Below, in pieces: positions 14,320-28,759 of a DNA stretch of 64,000 nucleotides. A program made the translations under genes and the position numbers. Numbering within the stretch: position 1 is the stretch's first letter; every line of letters starts with the position of its first letter. This DNA comes from the human T2T-CHM13v2.0 reference genome, Homo sapiens, in the NCBI RefSeq assembly GCF_009914755.1, contig NC_060947.1; one strand, given 5' to 3'. The notes under the pieces are model-generated. The model saw only the letters and a program-made list of their open reading frames with translations. It was not told the DNA's origin and searched no databases.

Positions 14320-14935
14320 TGTTTCAAATTTTCATTTTATTATTAAAAGACAATGTGGTTAATTATAAATGTTTGAAGAATACACTAGAGTGGAGTAATT
14401 TGCCAGTCTAATGTGAGATAGACACAGAGAGCATTCAAAGCCCATAAGGCCACAAGATGCAGTGAGAAAAGCTTGGGTTTTAGAAAAATTTCAGGCTTAG
14501 ACTACCTGGTCTGTAATTTAGGATATTAATGACCCAGGTGGTTTGAGCTCTAGGTAAGAATGAAGATAGTAATCTTTACTTTGAATGTTTGTTTTTGGGA
14601 TTAAAGGAGATGAGATATAAAGTTACCACGATGTAGAATGATTTTCTTGTTCATTTCCATCCAGCAGATCACCTCTCCAGTCTTTTAAAGCCTGAGCTTC
14701 TGCCTGAGCCCACTCACCACTTCAGGGATCTGCCAACTCATGTGGCCCTACACCCAGGTCTCTTTGCGCAAAGGGCAGGATTTCAACTCCTCTATCTTCT
14801 TCATCACCCAAAGGGATTGTGGAGTGCAGATTTGTGGGTCCACAATAGCAGGGGAGTGGAATCTGACCATTTCTCAAGCCCTGGAAGCCCATCTTCTAAG
14901 AAGGAGGCTGCTCAGGGTTTTCTAGGGAGGGTGAG
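14320..14935 (+). repeat. Ancient repeat module B (paralogs at about 7300-7750 and 54030-54650), includes a MIR remnant
   Basis: Shared ATTCAAAGCCC at 7425, 14433 and 54150 followed by a MIR; downstream CTTCAGG(G)A(T/A)CTGCCAA and GAAGCCCA..GCTGCT blocks are shared with 54440-54640. Confidence 0.7.
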
Positions 14936-15179
14936 GGATGCAACTGCATTCCTGCCTCTTACCAGATGTGTGACTCTGGAAAATCGATTTATACTCTGTG
15001 AGCCTGAACTTCTCCACTGCAAAATGGGAAACAATTGATACTGTCCCCACAGAATTGTGTAGGGAAAATGAGGGAACTTAAGGAAATGTTTGGTGCATAA
15101 TATAACTTCAGCAAATGTTTGTTCTGCTCACCATGACTCCTCACCACGATAAAAGAGACTTCGACATAAAAGAAAGAGC

Positions 15180-15495
15180 AGAACTGTCAGAGCATTTGGA
15201 AATGTAGCAACAAGAAAGGAAATGTATAGGCATTTACATAATGTATGAATTTGGGTGCCATCTCAGTTGTAGAATGTTATCAGAAGAATTTGGAGAAAGG
15301 GAAGACAATATTGTACTATTTCCTTGTATTCTATTGAATTTCTGTCCCTGTTACTTCACTTTCTACTTGAACATCTGAAGAAATAGTTTTCCAGTAAGTT
15401 CTGGAAAAAGGAGACAGTACAGGGGAACCAAATATAATAAGGACCATTGGATCTTAGATGAGTCACTTCCTCTGTGCTGGCCTCATCTCTAACAC
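15180..15495 (+). repeat. Ancient repeat module C (paralogs at about 20-270, 8190-8250 and 37790-37975)
   Basis: GAAATGTAGCAACAAG..GAAATAGTTTT aligns to the window start; TGAGTCACTTCCTCTGTGCTGG (15459) matches TGAGTCACTTCCCCTGTGCTGG (37939). Confidence 0.7.
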
Positions 15496-17570
15496 CAAGT
15501 CACATGCAATATAACTGGTTAGGGGGTTTGGGCTTTGGGTGCTATTGTTTTCTGGTTGCATGACCTTTAGCAAATTTTTTAACCTCTCTGAGACCCATTT
15601 AAAAATATTTCAAATGGCTGTTATAATGGCAACAACATCATTAGGCTGTACTGAAAATTAAGTGAGAACATGCATGTACAGCATTTAGTAAAGTGTCTGG
15701 CACTAAGTAATCAATAAATGTTATCATCATGTTCCTTTATTATTGGCTTTTTCAAGACCATCAGAAGAATAATAAAGGGTTTGGGGCTGGGAAGAATGTA
15801 GTGTTTCACCTTAGATGACAGGTTCTATTACGCTGCAGCATTAAAAGGGTTCAGTGGTGGTGCAAGAACTGACATACATATTAATGGGACAGAATAGAAA
15901 AATAAGAAGCAGAACCAAGTGTACAGAGACATTGAGAATTTCATAAATGTGGCATTTGCTGTTACTTAATAATTCATAGACGCTAAGAATTGATGTTGGG
16001 TCATTTTAAACTGTTCACTAACAAAAGAATGGGAAATCTTATTCTCATGCCATATGATATAATGTGAAGCATTAGTACACACCACCACCTATCTATCCAG
16101 TATGATTGCAGTTCCATAAAATGGGTATGCAGCTGTACACATATTTGCATGTATGTGTATATTTCTAGTTTCAATGAGATTCAAGAAACTATGAACACTG
16201 TTTATCAATGAGAGTATGATTGGAAGTTACTTGTATCTTTTTATACCTGTCTGTACTTTTGATAATATCCTAAATGGGCATGGATTATTTTTACAAACAG
16301 AAACAAAGCCTGTAAAAGCTTTTAGTAGCTAGGGAACACAAGGGAGTGTGATAGGTTGGAAAGAGAAAATGTTTTGGGGCTATACATACCTTGTGTTCTC
16401 CTCTGGCTTTGCCCATTGCTAGGGGGTGACCAAAAGGTAAGGTACTTAACTCTTCTGATTTCCCATTTTCTTGTTCTAAAGAGGAGGAAAGTAATCCTTT
16501 CATTGCAGAGTTCTTGAAGTAATCTGATGGAATTATCAAAATATAGATAAATATGCTGTGCTTTATATTAAACTGTACTGGAGATTCCATCCCAGCTCTT
16601 ACCCCTACAAGTTTCTTCACCCTCTGAACTTCAGTTTCCTTATCTTGGAATTGGTTATAACATTGATCTTGAAATAGTATGTATATTAGCTGTCCAACAC
16701 AGTGCCATAATAGGCACAACTCCCCCTATTCCAGGTAACTATTTCCAAGAACATTATATATCCTAGTAATATAAAAGAAAGAGGTGATTTTTTTTATGAC
16801 TGGGGGCCTAAGAATTGGTGGTAATTCTTATTTTCTTCAAATAATCTTATTTTTTCCATTTAATTAAGTATTTTATATCCTGAGGAGCCTTGATCCAGCC
16901 ATTCTGTTCTGAGGAATTTATCTTACAACAAAACATGTTTCAAGAATTTCCTATTTGAAACCATGGTACAACCATGGTGATTGTGCATATATTTTTGGAA
17001 CTTTTGTAAGATTTTCCATAGGATAAATTCCTGAAAGTAAAAAATTTTAACCAAAACATATGGCATTGCCAAATGCAGATTTAAAATGTTCAATACCAAT
17101 TTCTAATCCCATGCACAGTGGTGGTATTTCCTTTCCCTGAATTCATCTCATCAGTTAAAAAGGGGCTTAGGCACTTTGACACTGCAATTCCTGTTGCAGA
17201 AATTTGTCCTGCAGGACAGTCTGTACAGAGCTATATATTGCAAGGCTTGGAGTTTACCCTGTGGTTGAAGCACAGGGACCAAGGAAAAAAAGTGTTGAAG
17301 ATCACTGAAGTGAAATAGTTCAAGTGATGAGTCATGCACTCTAGGCTGGATCGGGAAGGAGCGTGCACATTTTAGGGGCCTGATACACTGAAAGGCTCAG
17401 GGGTTGGGTTCCATGGTTCTTTCCTCCCCTGTTCTCGTCTCCTCCCACTGGAACTCTGCGCACTCCTCTGTGTCAGGCCCTGGGATTGCTGCTATACACA
17501 GTTTTACCTCCCTTAATCCTCACAACATTTTCAGCTCCATTCTCTAGATGAGAAAACTGAGGCTCTGACA

Positions 17571-17709
17571 GGTATTCATCGAATCTAAGACGCCACACTA
17601 TTTTAGGGACTACTAGGAAAAGCAAAATTCTGGCTATTATAATGGTAAGACAGCACTAATTTAGGTGTTAAAAGTGAAAAAATATATGCCTCTGAGACAC
17701 GGGGAAATG
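17571..17709. mobile_element. MER104-like TcMar MITE
   Basis: GTATTCATCGAATCTAAGACGCCA terminus and GTTAAAAGTGAAAAAATATATGCCTCT body. Confidence 0.5.
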
Positions 17710-19526
17710 TTATAGCTTGTGTAGCTTGCATCTATTACATGAAAAAATTGAGGTTGGAGTCTATTTCCTTCTGGTATCAGATGTTATGCTGTTGCCATAA
17801 TTTAGGACCACAGTGGTAAATTAGACTTGTACCAATCAGGTAATGCCCTCTTCTCTTATTGTCCTATTGTGTTTTTTATATTTATTGTGTGTTTTATATT
17901 TATTTATATACAAACAAAAATAATGTATACATACAAATATAATGTATATACACAAATATTTATATTCATTTCTGATAGCCAGGTGTTAGTTTTTCCCTCC
18001 TGTGTAGTGGTTGTGTGACCTTGGGCAAGTCACTGCATATCTATGTGCCACATTATCTCCAGCTTTATTAGGATGGACTCCAACATTAGGATCACTTTAA
18101 GCCATTCACATTTTGTAATTTAAAATTTCCACTTGCCTGACATTTAGCCTTCTGTCGCTGTGCGTCCTTCCTGTCGGGGGTTGATTGGGGTCAAGTGGGA
18201 TGGTGGAGGGTGTTCTCTTTGAAAGATGCCTGCAGTAGCATTGCTAAGTAATGGGACATACCCCTTCATTTTTCATCTTAATAGAATCCACATTGCCATA
18301 AGGAATTCTCTTAATGCAGAACGCATACATACCAAAATAAATGGGAAGCGTCCGGATGTTGGAAATAATTCAAACAGCACCTTGTAAAGGGCATGCCTAC
18401 AAAATATATGGAAGGTTTACTAAAAAGTAGAAAATAAATGGTTTTGGTTGGGCTTTAAAATTCTAGTTGCAAAAAAAAAAAAAAATGCTGAAGGAGGATG
18501 CAAGCAAGGCCAAATTCAGAAAGGCTAAAACTTGAATCTCAGAATTTTGATTTTCATACTATTATTTTAATAATAAAAATATTATGTGTCCTGTTAAATG
18601 CCAACAGTACAGACATGTGTAAAGTAAAATGTAAAAGTTTCCCTGTCTGTATGTTCCTAATCTCTCTGGACTGCTAAGTACCACCCTGTGGAATTGACCC
18701 GCATATAATATTGTCATTATTGGTTTTTAAATAAAATCTAAATTTCCTGACGTGCAAGGACATGGAGCACCACGTTTCTCTTCTGAAAATGTGAGTATTG
18801 AGTGGCTAAATGGCTAAAATTAGTTACCTCACAAAATGCAACTTCTTAGAAAGAACGTTATGGGGAAAGACAAATAGGAATGCTTTGAGATACATGTAAG
18901 GCTGTTTCTATGTTTGTATTGTGTTAATTATAGAATAATAACAATGTTTGCTGTATGTGCCTCTAACAATACGTGAAATAAGAGTGTAAAGAAAATCTAG
19001 AAATATCTATTGCTTGTCAAGACCTTGTGAGATGATACATATCTGCTTCTGCAGGCCTACAGGTAAAAGCACTGGGCTGAGTCAGACTGTTTTTACAAGA
19101 ACTCCAAATGCAAAACTATTTCTTGCTTATGAAGGTTAAGTGGTGGATCATATTGCCTCTGATCCATATGAAAGCATTTCTACCACTCATAGCAACCATT
19201 CAGAGAAAGAAGCTTCACATTGCTTTATAGTCCACCCCTCTGTAGTCTAAGGGGCTTCTAGAATTCCATTCCTGACGAGACTTATATAAAGAACACCCCA
19301 ACGTTGGAAACGGTTAAGATATTTGAATCTTCTAGAACCTTCCATAGACTGTGTGATGTTTCTTTCTTATTAATATATTATAGATTAGTTGTGATTTCTG
19401 GAAATTAATCCTTTGTTCACTGTATTTGTTGCAAATATGTTTTTCCAGTTCGAGGTTTGTCTTTCCATGCCTTTTAAATGTAATGTTTGGATACACAAGG
19501 CTTTTTTTGTATATATACATATATAT

Positions 19527-19642
19527 GAAATGGGGTCTCACTATGTTTCCCAGGCTGGCCTCAAGCTCCTGGGTTCAAGTGATCCTCCTGCCTCAGCCTC
19601 CAGACTAGCTTGGACAATAGGCACAAGCCACCATGCCTGGCT
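19527..19642 (-). mobile_element. FLAM (Alu monomer)
   Basis: Antisense monomeric Alu. Confidence 0.85.
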
Positions 19643-20866
19643 CAAAGTTTTATATTTTGTTGTAGTTTAAGTATCAGACATTTTCTTTATGGTTTGTATT
19701 TCTTTGTGTCCTGATTTAAAAAGTTTTCTTATCCTAAAGTCAAAAACTTAATTCTTATATTTACTTCTATTTGAGTTTGTTTTTCACATTTAAATTTTTA
19801 ATCCACCTGGGACCAAATTTTGATAGGTATGAGATACAGATGCAATTTTATTTCATTTTTACATATAATATACATATAAACAATTATCCCAATACCACAT
19901 ATTGAATAACCTGTATTTTTTCCCACTGACCTGATCTGCTACCTCTGTCATATGTTGAGGTTCCACATGTTTATGGTTCTGTTTCTAGGCTCTCTCTTTG
20001 GTTCTATTGGTTTGTTTATTTATAAGATTGCCAAGCTTGGCACATAAAATACATGCCCATTGTTTATCTGAAATTCCAATTTAACTGGGCTGCCTGTATT
20101 TTACCTGGTAAATCTATTCGTCCCTGGGCATATTTCAGACTGTCTTGATTACTATAGCTTTGAATAGGTCTTTATGTCCAATAAAGCAAGTCTCCCTACT
20201 CTGTTTTGGACTTCAGAATTATCTTGGCTATTCTTGGCGTTTTTGCTGTTCCAAATATACTTTAGAATCAACTTGTAAATTTTTTAAGACTTCTTTTATG
20301 GACCAGTACAATGTCAATTTTTATAAATGAGCCATTTATATAGAATGCTTAAGAATAATTTGATTTCTCTAATTTTCTATGTTAAAATTTTTATTTTTAT
20401 TTTTGGTGGGTACATAGTAGGTGTATATATTTATGTGGTACATGAGATGTTTTGACACAGGCATGCAATGTGAAGTAAGCACACCATGGAGAATGGGGTA
20501 ACCATCCCCTCAAGCATTTATCCTTTGTGTTACAAACAATCCAATTAGACGCTTTTAATGATTTTAAAATGCACAATTACGTTATTTACTATAGTCACCC
20601 TGTTGTGCTATCAAATAGTAGGTCTTATTCATGCTTTCTAACTATTTTTTTCTACCTATTAACTATCCCCATTCCCCTCCAGGCCCCCACTACCCTTCCC
20701 AGACTCTGGTAACCATCCTTCTATTCTCTATGTCCATGAGTTCAACTGAATAGATGTTTGTCTTTCTGTGCCTGGCTTACTTCACTTAACATAATGATCT
20801 CCAGTCATGTTGTTGAAAATGACTGACTCGCATTCATTTTATGGCTGAATAGTACTATGTACCACC

Positions 20867-21187
20867 TTTTTTTTTTTTTTTTTTTTGAGACAGAGTCTCG
20901 CTCTGTCGCCCAGGCTGGAGTACAGTGGCATGATCTCAGCTCACTGCAACCTCGGCTTCCCAGGTTCAAGCAATTCTCCCTGCCTCAGCCTCCTGAATAG
21001 CTCGAATTACAGGCGCCTGCCACCATGCCCTGCTAATTTCTTTATTTTTTTATTTTTTATTTTTTTTAGTAGAGTCAGGGTTTCACCATGTTGGCCAGGC
21101 TGGTCTCAAACTCCTGACCTCAGGTGATCCACCCACCTCGGCCTCTTAAAGTGCTGGTATTACAGGCTTGAGCCACTGTGCCCGGCC
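20867..21187 (-). mobile_element. AluS nested in L1MA
   Basis: Full dimer with poly(T) head; CACCTTTT repeated on both flanks. Confidence 0.92.
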
Positions 21188-22418
21188 AACACCTTTTTTT
21201 TTTTTTTTTTAAATCTATTCATCTGTTGATGGACATTAGGTTGCTTCCAAATCTTAGCTATTATAAACAGTGCTGTAACAAACATAAGACCGCAGATATC
21301 TCTTTGATAATACTGATTTCTTTCCTTTTGGATATATACCCAGCAGCGGGATTGCGGGATCATATGGTAGGTCAATTTTTAGTTTTTTGAGGAACCTCCA
21401 GACTGTTTTCCATAGTAGTTTTGCTAATTTACATTCCCAACAACAGTGTACGAGGGTTCCTTTTGCTCCACATCCTCACCAGCATTTGTCACTGCCTGTC
21501 CTTTGGATATAAGCCATTTTAACTGGGGTGAGATGTTATCTCATTCTAGTTTTGATTTGCATTTCTCTGATGATCAATGATGTTGAGCACCTTTTCATAT
21601 GCATGTCTGCCATTTGTATGTCTTCTGTTGAGTACTGTCTATTCAAAGTTTTTGCTTGGTTTTTTATAGGATTATTAGATTTTTTCCTATAGAGTTGTTT
21701 GAGTTCCTTATATATTATGGTAATTAATCCCTTGTCAGATGGGTAACTTGCACGTGTTTTCTCCCATTCTGTGGGTTGTTTCTTCACTTTGTTGATTGGA
21801 TCTGTTGCTGTGCAGAAGCTTTTTAACTTGATGTGATCCCATTTGTCCATTTTTGCTTTAGTTGCCTGTGCTTGAAGGGTATTGCTCAAGAAAGTTTTGC
21901 CCGAACAATGTCCTGAAGATTTTCCCCATTTTTTGCAGTAGTTTGATAGTTTGATTAAAGACTTAGATTTAAGTTTTTAATCCATTTTGGTTTGATTTTT
22001 GTATATGGCAAGAGATAAAGGTCCAGTTTTATTTTTCTGCATGTGGATATCCAGTTTTCCCAGCACTATTTATTGAAGAGATGTTCTTTTCCCCAGCGTA
22101 AGTTCTTGGCACTTTTTGTCGAAAATGAATTCACTGTAGGTGTATGGATTTGTTTCTGGGTTCTCTATTCTGGTTCCTTGGTCTATGTGTCTGTTTTTAT
22201 GCCAGTACTATGCTGTTTTGGTTACTATAGCTCTGTACTATAATTTGAAGTTAGGTAATGTGATTCCCCCAGATTTGTTCTTTTTGCTTAGGATAGCTTT
22301 GGCTATTCTGGTTTTATTGTGATTCTATATAGATTTTGGGATTTTTTTTCAGTGTCTGAGAAGAATGTCATTGGTATTTTGATAGAGATTGCATTGAATC
22401 TATAGATTGCTTGGGTAG

Positions 22419-22828
22419 TGTCATGGTTTGAATATTTGTCCCCACCCAAATATCATGTTAAATTGTGATCCCTAATGTTGGAGGTGGTGCCTGGTGGGAG
22501 GTGATCGGATCATAGGGTGGTGTCTCATGAATGGTTTAGCACTATCCTCTTGGTACTGTTCTTCTGATGTTCTCATGAGATCTGGTCATTTAAAAGTGTT
22601 TGGCACCTCCCCACTCTCTCTCTTTCCCCTGCTTTGGCCAAGTGAAGTGCCTGCTCCCACTTTACCTTCTGCAGTAATGTTTCCTGAGGCCTCACTAGAA
22701 GTTGAGCAGATACCAGCATCATGCTTCCTGTACAGCCTGTGGAACCATGAACCAATTAAGACTCTTTTCTTTATAAATTACCCAGTCTCAGGTATTTCTT
22801 TATAGCAAGGTGAGAACAGACTAATGCA
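22419..22828 (+). mobile_element. MSTA/MSTB (MaLR) solo LTR nested in L1MA ORF2
   Basis: TG...CA ends; 5-bp TSD GGTAG at 22414-22418 and 22829-22833. Confidence 0.88.
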
Positions 22829-25800
22829 GGTAGTATGGACATTTTAACCATATGAATTCTTTCAGTCCATAAATGTGAAATATATTCCCATTTTAGGGGG
22901 TCCTTTTCAATTTCTGTCATTAGTGTTTTAGAGTTAATTATAGAGATCTTTCACTTCTTTGGTTAATTCCTAGGTATTTAATTTTATGGGTGGCTACTGT
23001 AGGTAGGATTACTTTTTAAATTTCTTTTTCAGATTTGTCAATGTTGGTATATAGAAATGCTACTGATTTTTGTATGTTGATTTTGTATCCTGCAACTTTA
23101 GTGAGTTTGTTTATCAGTTTTAATAGTTTCCTTGTGTAATCTTTAGGTTTTTCCAAATATAAGATCATATCAGCGAACAAGCATAATTTGTTTTCTTCCT
23201 TTCCAATTTGGATGCCCTTTATATCTTTCACTTGTCTGATTGCTCTAGCTAGGACTTCCAGCACTATGTTGAATAACAGTGGTGTCAGTGGGCATCCTTG
23301 TCATGTTCCAGATCTTAGAGGAAAGGCTGTCATGTTTTCCCCATTTGGTATGATACCAGCTGTAAGTCTGTCACATATGGCTTTTATTATTTTGGGGTAT
23401 GTTCCTTCTATCCCCAGTTTTTGAGGGTTTTTTTTCTATTATGAAGGGATGTTGAATTTTGTCAAATGCTTTTTCAGCATCAATAGAAATGATCATATGG
23501 CTTTTATCCTTCATTCTCTTAATATGATGTCTCACACTGATTGATTTGTGTATCTTGAACCATCTCTGCATCCCAGGGATAAATCCTACTTGGTCATGAT
23601 GAATGATCTTTCTAATGTATTGTTGAATTCGGTTTGCTAGTATTTTGTTGAGCATTTTTTCACCCATATCCATCAGAGATATTGGCCTGTAGTTTTCTTT
23701 TTTGTGTGTCTTTTTCTGGCTTTGGAATCAGGGTAATACTGGCCTCATAGAATTAATTTCAAAGTATTCCTTCCTCCTCTATTTCTCGGAATAGCTTGAT
23801 TCAGATTGGTATTAGTTGTTCTTTAAATGTTTGTAAAAATTCAGCGGTGAAGCTGTCAGATCCCACACTTTTCTCCACTGGGAGATTTTTTTATTACAGC
23901 TTTGATCTCGTTACTTGCTATTGGTATGTTCAGGGTTTGGATTTCTTCCTGTTTCAATTTTGGTAGATTGTGTATGTCCAGGAATTTGTTCATTTCTTCT
24001 AGATTTTCCAATTTATTGGTATATTTTTGCTCATAGTAGCCACTAATGATCCTTTAAATTTCTGTGGTATCAGTTGTAATGTCTCCTTTTTCATCTCTGA
24101 TTTTATTTATTTGGATCTTCTCTCTCTTTTTGTTAGTTAATCTGGCTAATGGTTTGTCAATTTTAACTTTTCAAAAAACTGACTTTTTGTTTCATTGATG
24201 TTTTGTGTTTTTTTTTCATTTCAAATCCATTTATTTTTGCTCTGATCTTTATTATTTCTTTTTTCTACTAATTTTGGGTTTGGTTTGCTCTTGCTTTTCT
24301 ATTTCTTTAAGATGCATCATTAGATTGTTTATTTGAAGTTTTTTTCTCTTTTTTGATGTAGGCACTTATAGCTATAAATTTCCGTCTTAGTATCACTTTT
24401 GCTTTATCCCATAGGATATGGTATGTTGTATTTCCATTATCATTTGTTTCAAGAAGTTTTTCAATTTCCTTCTTTATTTCTTCCCTGACCCAATTACTGT
24501 CATTCAAGAGAATATTGTTTAATTTCCATGTATTTGTATAGTTTTCCAAATTCCTTGTTTTGAATTTCTAGTTTTATTCTATTGTGGTCAGAGAACATGC
24601 TTGATACAATTTCAGGTTTCTGGAATGTTTTAAGACTTGTGTTGTGACCCAACATATGGTCTATCCTTGAGAATGATCCATGTGCTGAGTAAAAGAATGT
24701 GTATTCTGTAGCCATTGGATGAAATGTTCTTTAAATATCTATTACATCTATTTGGTCTATAGTGCAGATTAAGTTTGATGTTTCTTTGTTGATTGTCTGG
24801 AAGATCTGTCCAATGCTGAAAGTGGGGTGTTGAAGTCTTCAGCTATATTGTATCAGGGCCTTTCTTTTTCTTTAGCTCTAATAATATTTGCTTTATATAT
24901 CTGGGTGATCCAGTGTTGGGTGCATATACATTTAAAACTGTTATATCCTCTTGCTGAATTGAACATTTTATCATTATATAGTAACCTTCTTTGTCTCTTC
25001 TTATAGTTTTTTTTTCTGGAAATCTATTTCGTCTGATGTAAGTATAGTGACTCCTGCTCTTTTTTTCTTTCCATTGGCATAGAATATATTTTTCCATCTC
25101 TTTATTTTCAGTCTATGTGTGTCTTTGTAAGTGAAATGTGTTTCTTATGTGCAACAGATCAATGGGTCTTGCATTTTCATCCTTTCAGCCAGACTATGTC
25201 TTTTGATTGAAGAGTTTAGGCCATTTACATTCAATGTTATTATTGATAAGTAAGGACTTACTCCTGCCATTTTGTTACTGGTTTTCTGGCTTCTTATGGT
25301 CTTCTCTTCCTACACTTTCTTTCCTTCATGTCTTCCTCTAGTGAAGGTAATTTTCTCTGGTGATGTGATTTTGTTTCTTGCTTTTTATTTTTTTCTGTAT
25401 TCATTGTGTGGTTTTTGATTTGAGGTTCCCATGAGGCTTGCAAATACCTTCTTATAGCCCATTGTTTTAACCTGGTAACAACTTAACACTATTTGCATAA
25501 AGAAACAAGCAAAAAGGAAACTAATAAAAATTCCACACTTTAACTTTCTCCTCCTGCTTTTAATCTCTTTGTATCTATTTATATCTTATTTTACTGACTA
25601 TGTGTTGAAAAGTTATTGTAGTTATTATTTTGGATTGGTTCATCATTTACTCTTTCTACTTAGGATAAAAGTAGTTTACACACCACAATTACAGTATTAT
25701 AATATTCTGTGTTTTTCTGTGTACTTACTATTACCAGTGAGTTTTATACCTTCAGGTGATTATTACTCATTAATGTCCGTTTCTTTCTGATTGAAGTACT

Positions 25801-26998
25801 TTCTTTAGCATTTCTTGTAGGACAAGTCTGGTGTTAATGAAACTCTTCAGCTTTAGTTTGTCTGGAAAAGTCTTTATTTCTCTTTCATGTTTAAAGGATA
25901 TTTTTGCTGGACATATTATTCTAGGATAAAAGTTTTTTTCCTTCAGCACTATAAATATGTCATGCCACTCTCCTGTCCTGTAAGGTTTCCACTGAAAAGT
26001 CTGTTGCTAGATGTATTGGACTCCATTGTATGTTATTTGTTTCTTTTCTCTTGGTGCTTTTAGGATCCTTTCTTTATCCTTGATCTTTGGGAGCTTGATT
26101 ATTAAATGCCTTGAGGTAGTCTTCTTTGGGTTAAATCTGCTTGGTGTTCTACAACCTTCTTGTACTTGAATGTTGATATTTTTATCTAGGTTTGTGAAGT
26201 GCTCTGTTATTATTCCTTTTGAATAAATTTTCTACCTCTATCTCTTTCTTTGCCTCCTCTTTAAGGCCACTAACTCTGAGATTTGCCCTTTTGAGTATAT
26301 TTTCTAGATCATGTAGGTGTGCTTTATTGTTTTTTATTCTTTTCTCTTTTGTCTCCTCTGACTTTGTATTTTCAAATAGGTTGTCTTCAAGCCCACTAGT
26401 TCTTACTTCTGTTTGATCCATTCTGCTATTAAAGGATTCTGATGCATTCTTCAGTATGCCAATTGCATTTTTCAGCTTCAGAATTTCTGCTTGATTCCTT
26501 TTAATTATTTCAATCTCTTTGTTAAATTTATCTAATAGAATTTTGATTCAATCTCTGTGTTATCTGGAATTTCTTTAAGTTTCTTCAACATAGCTATTTT
26601 GAATTCTCTGAAAGGTCACATACCTGTGTTTCTCCAGGTTTGGTTCCTGGGCCTCATTTAGTTTGCTTGATGAGGTCATGTTTTCCTGGATGGTGCTGAT
26701 GCTAGTAGGTGTTCTTCAGTGTCTAGGCACTGAAGAGTTAGGCATTCATTGTAGTCTTCACTGTCTGGGCTTATTTTTAGCTGTCTTTCTTGGGAAGCAT
26801 TTCCAGATATTTGAAAAGACTTGAGTGTTGTTAGCTAAGCTATATCTGCTTTAGGGGGCACCCCAAGCCCAGTAACGCTGTGGTTCTTGCAGACTCTTCA
26901 TGGTACCACCGCGATGGTCTTGGACAAGATCCAGGAGAATTCTCTGGATTACCAGGCAGAGAGTCTTGTTTTCTTCCCTTATTTTTCCCAAACCTATA

Positions 26999-27001
<3 letters not shown>

Positions 27002-27032
<31 letters not shown>
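27002..27032. repeat. (CT)n microsatellite in L1 5'UTR
   Basis: About 15 CT units. Confidence 0.9.
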
Positions 27033-27034
<2 letters not shown>

Positions 27035-28759
27035 TTTGAGCCACCTAAAGCTGGGGGTGGAGTGACACAACACCCATGTGACCACCACTGCTATGACTGT
27101 GCTCGGTCAGACCTGAAACCAGCATAGTGCTGAGTTTCACCCAATGCCTACTGTAACCCTTCTCTGACTACTGCTTATGCTCACTCAAGGCCCTGGGGCT
27201 CCACAGTTAGCAGGTGGCAAGGCCAGTCAAGCCAATATTCTTCTCTTCAGGGTAGCAAAGGCCCCCAGGCCCTGGGTGGGTCTGCAGGTGCCATCAGGGA
27301 GTCAGGGAGTAGGATGAAAAACCTTAGAAGTCTATCTGGTGTTCTATTTTATTGTGGCTGAGCTGGCAGTCAAACCACAAGATGCAGTCCTTGTCACTCT
27401 TCTCTTCCTTTTCCAAAGGCAGAGAAACCTCACCCCATAGCCGCTGCTTCTTCTGGTCATGAGGAGTACTGCCAGACTACCAGTGATGTTCCCTTAAGAC
27501 CCCAAAGCTCTTAAGTCCGCTTGTGGAGAATGCTGCCTGGCCTGGGACTCACCCTTCAGGGCAGTGGGCTCCCCTCTCTCCCAGGAAAGGTCCAAAATAC
27601 CTTCCCAGAGTAAATTCTTAGAACTGGGGACACCAAGAGCCCTCTTGGTGCTTCACTCCCCTGTAGTCATGCTGGTACCTAAGGTACAAGACAAAGCTCC
27701 CTTTACTTTTCCCTCTGCTTTTCTCAAGCAGAAAGAGTTTTGCCCCATAGACACCACAGCTGGTAATGTGCTGAGTCTCACCTGAAGCCAGCTAGTCTCA
27801 GAGGCTCACCCAAGGTCCTCAATTTAGTACCTGGGTATTGCTGCTGGTTATTCAGGGCCCAAGGGCTCTTCAGTTAGCAGGTGATGAATGCTGCAAGGAC
27901 TTGGTCCTTTCCTTCAAGGCAGTGGGTTCTCTTCTGGCCCAGTGTGTGTCTAGAAATGTCATCCAGGACCTAGGGCTTGGAATGGGGGCTTTGTAACTCT
28001 GAGCAGTGCCCTATCCTGCTGTGACTGAGCTGGTATCTTAGATGGAAGACAGAGTCCTCACCACTCTTCCTTCTCCTCTTCTAAAGCAGAAGGAAGGAGT
28101 CTCTTTTGAAGCCATGAACTGTGAAGCCTGGGGTTAGGGGAGAGGTGATGCCAGCACTCCCTAGGCTGACCCAGCTGGTTTCTCAGTTGGTTGCATGCCC
28201 CACCCCCCACCCCCACAGTCCACTGTCTCTGGGCCTAGTTCAGCACTAGGACTTGTCTAAGAGTTGTAGTCCTTATAACCTAGACTGACTTTCAAGTTTA
28301 CTTGGAGACAGCGCTGTAGCCCTGGGTGGTGAGGTTTGTGGACTCTCCAGTTCAGACTGCTGCGATGGGTGATTCTCACTCTAGCTAGTGTTGATTTAAA
28401 TGCTCTCTCTGTCAGCTAAGTTTGTCCTGGTTTTCCTTGCTGCTCTAATAGGACAGCACTTATTTGAATGCCTCATAATTGCACACAACTGTATTCTCCC
28501 TCCCCCAGCGCCAAGAGATGCTCTCTGCACCACACCACTACTGACCAGGGTTGCGGAAGGGTGGAGTTGGTGATTTTCTATGTCTTCAGTGCCTCTTTCA
28601 GTGATATGAATTTAAAACTGCATATTATGAGTGCTCATCTGATTTTTGGTTCTTATGAAAGTGTTTTTCTGTGTAGATTTTAACTTGGTTCCTTGCTCTG
28701 GGAATAGTCAGTGGAGCTTTTCTATTCTGCCATCTTGTTCTGCCTCCTTTCTATTGAGT

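Larger units (their letters stand above)
20388..28747 (-). mobile_element. Full-length degenerate L1 (L1MA1-3 type)
   Basis: L1MA-type 3'UTR at 20390, ORF2 fragments (RT 23016-23673, EN 24500-25097), ORF1 fragment 26182-26421, long 5'UTR starting GGAGGCAGAACAAGATGGC (YY1-type site) at 28747; short TSD TTTCTAT. Confidence 0.9.

Noticed and set aside
16291-16719. 142-aa minus-strand ORF
   Set aside because: Overlaps MIR-like sequence, has no recognisable homology and no splice or promoter context; likely spurious, like the other short ORFs in the track.
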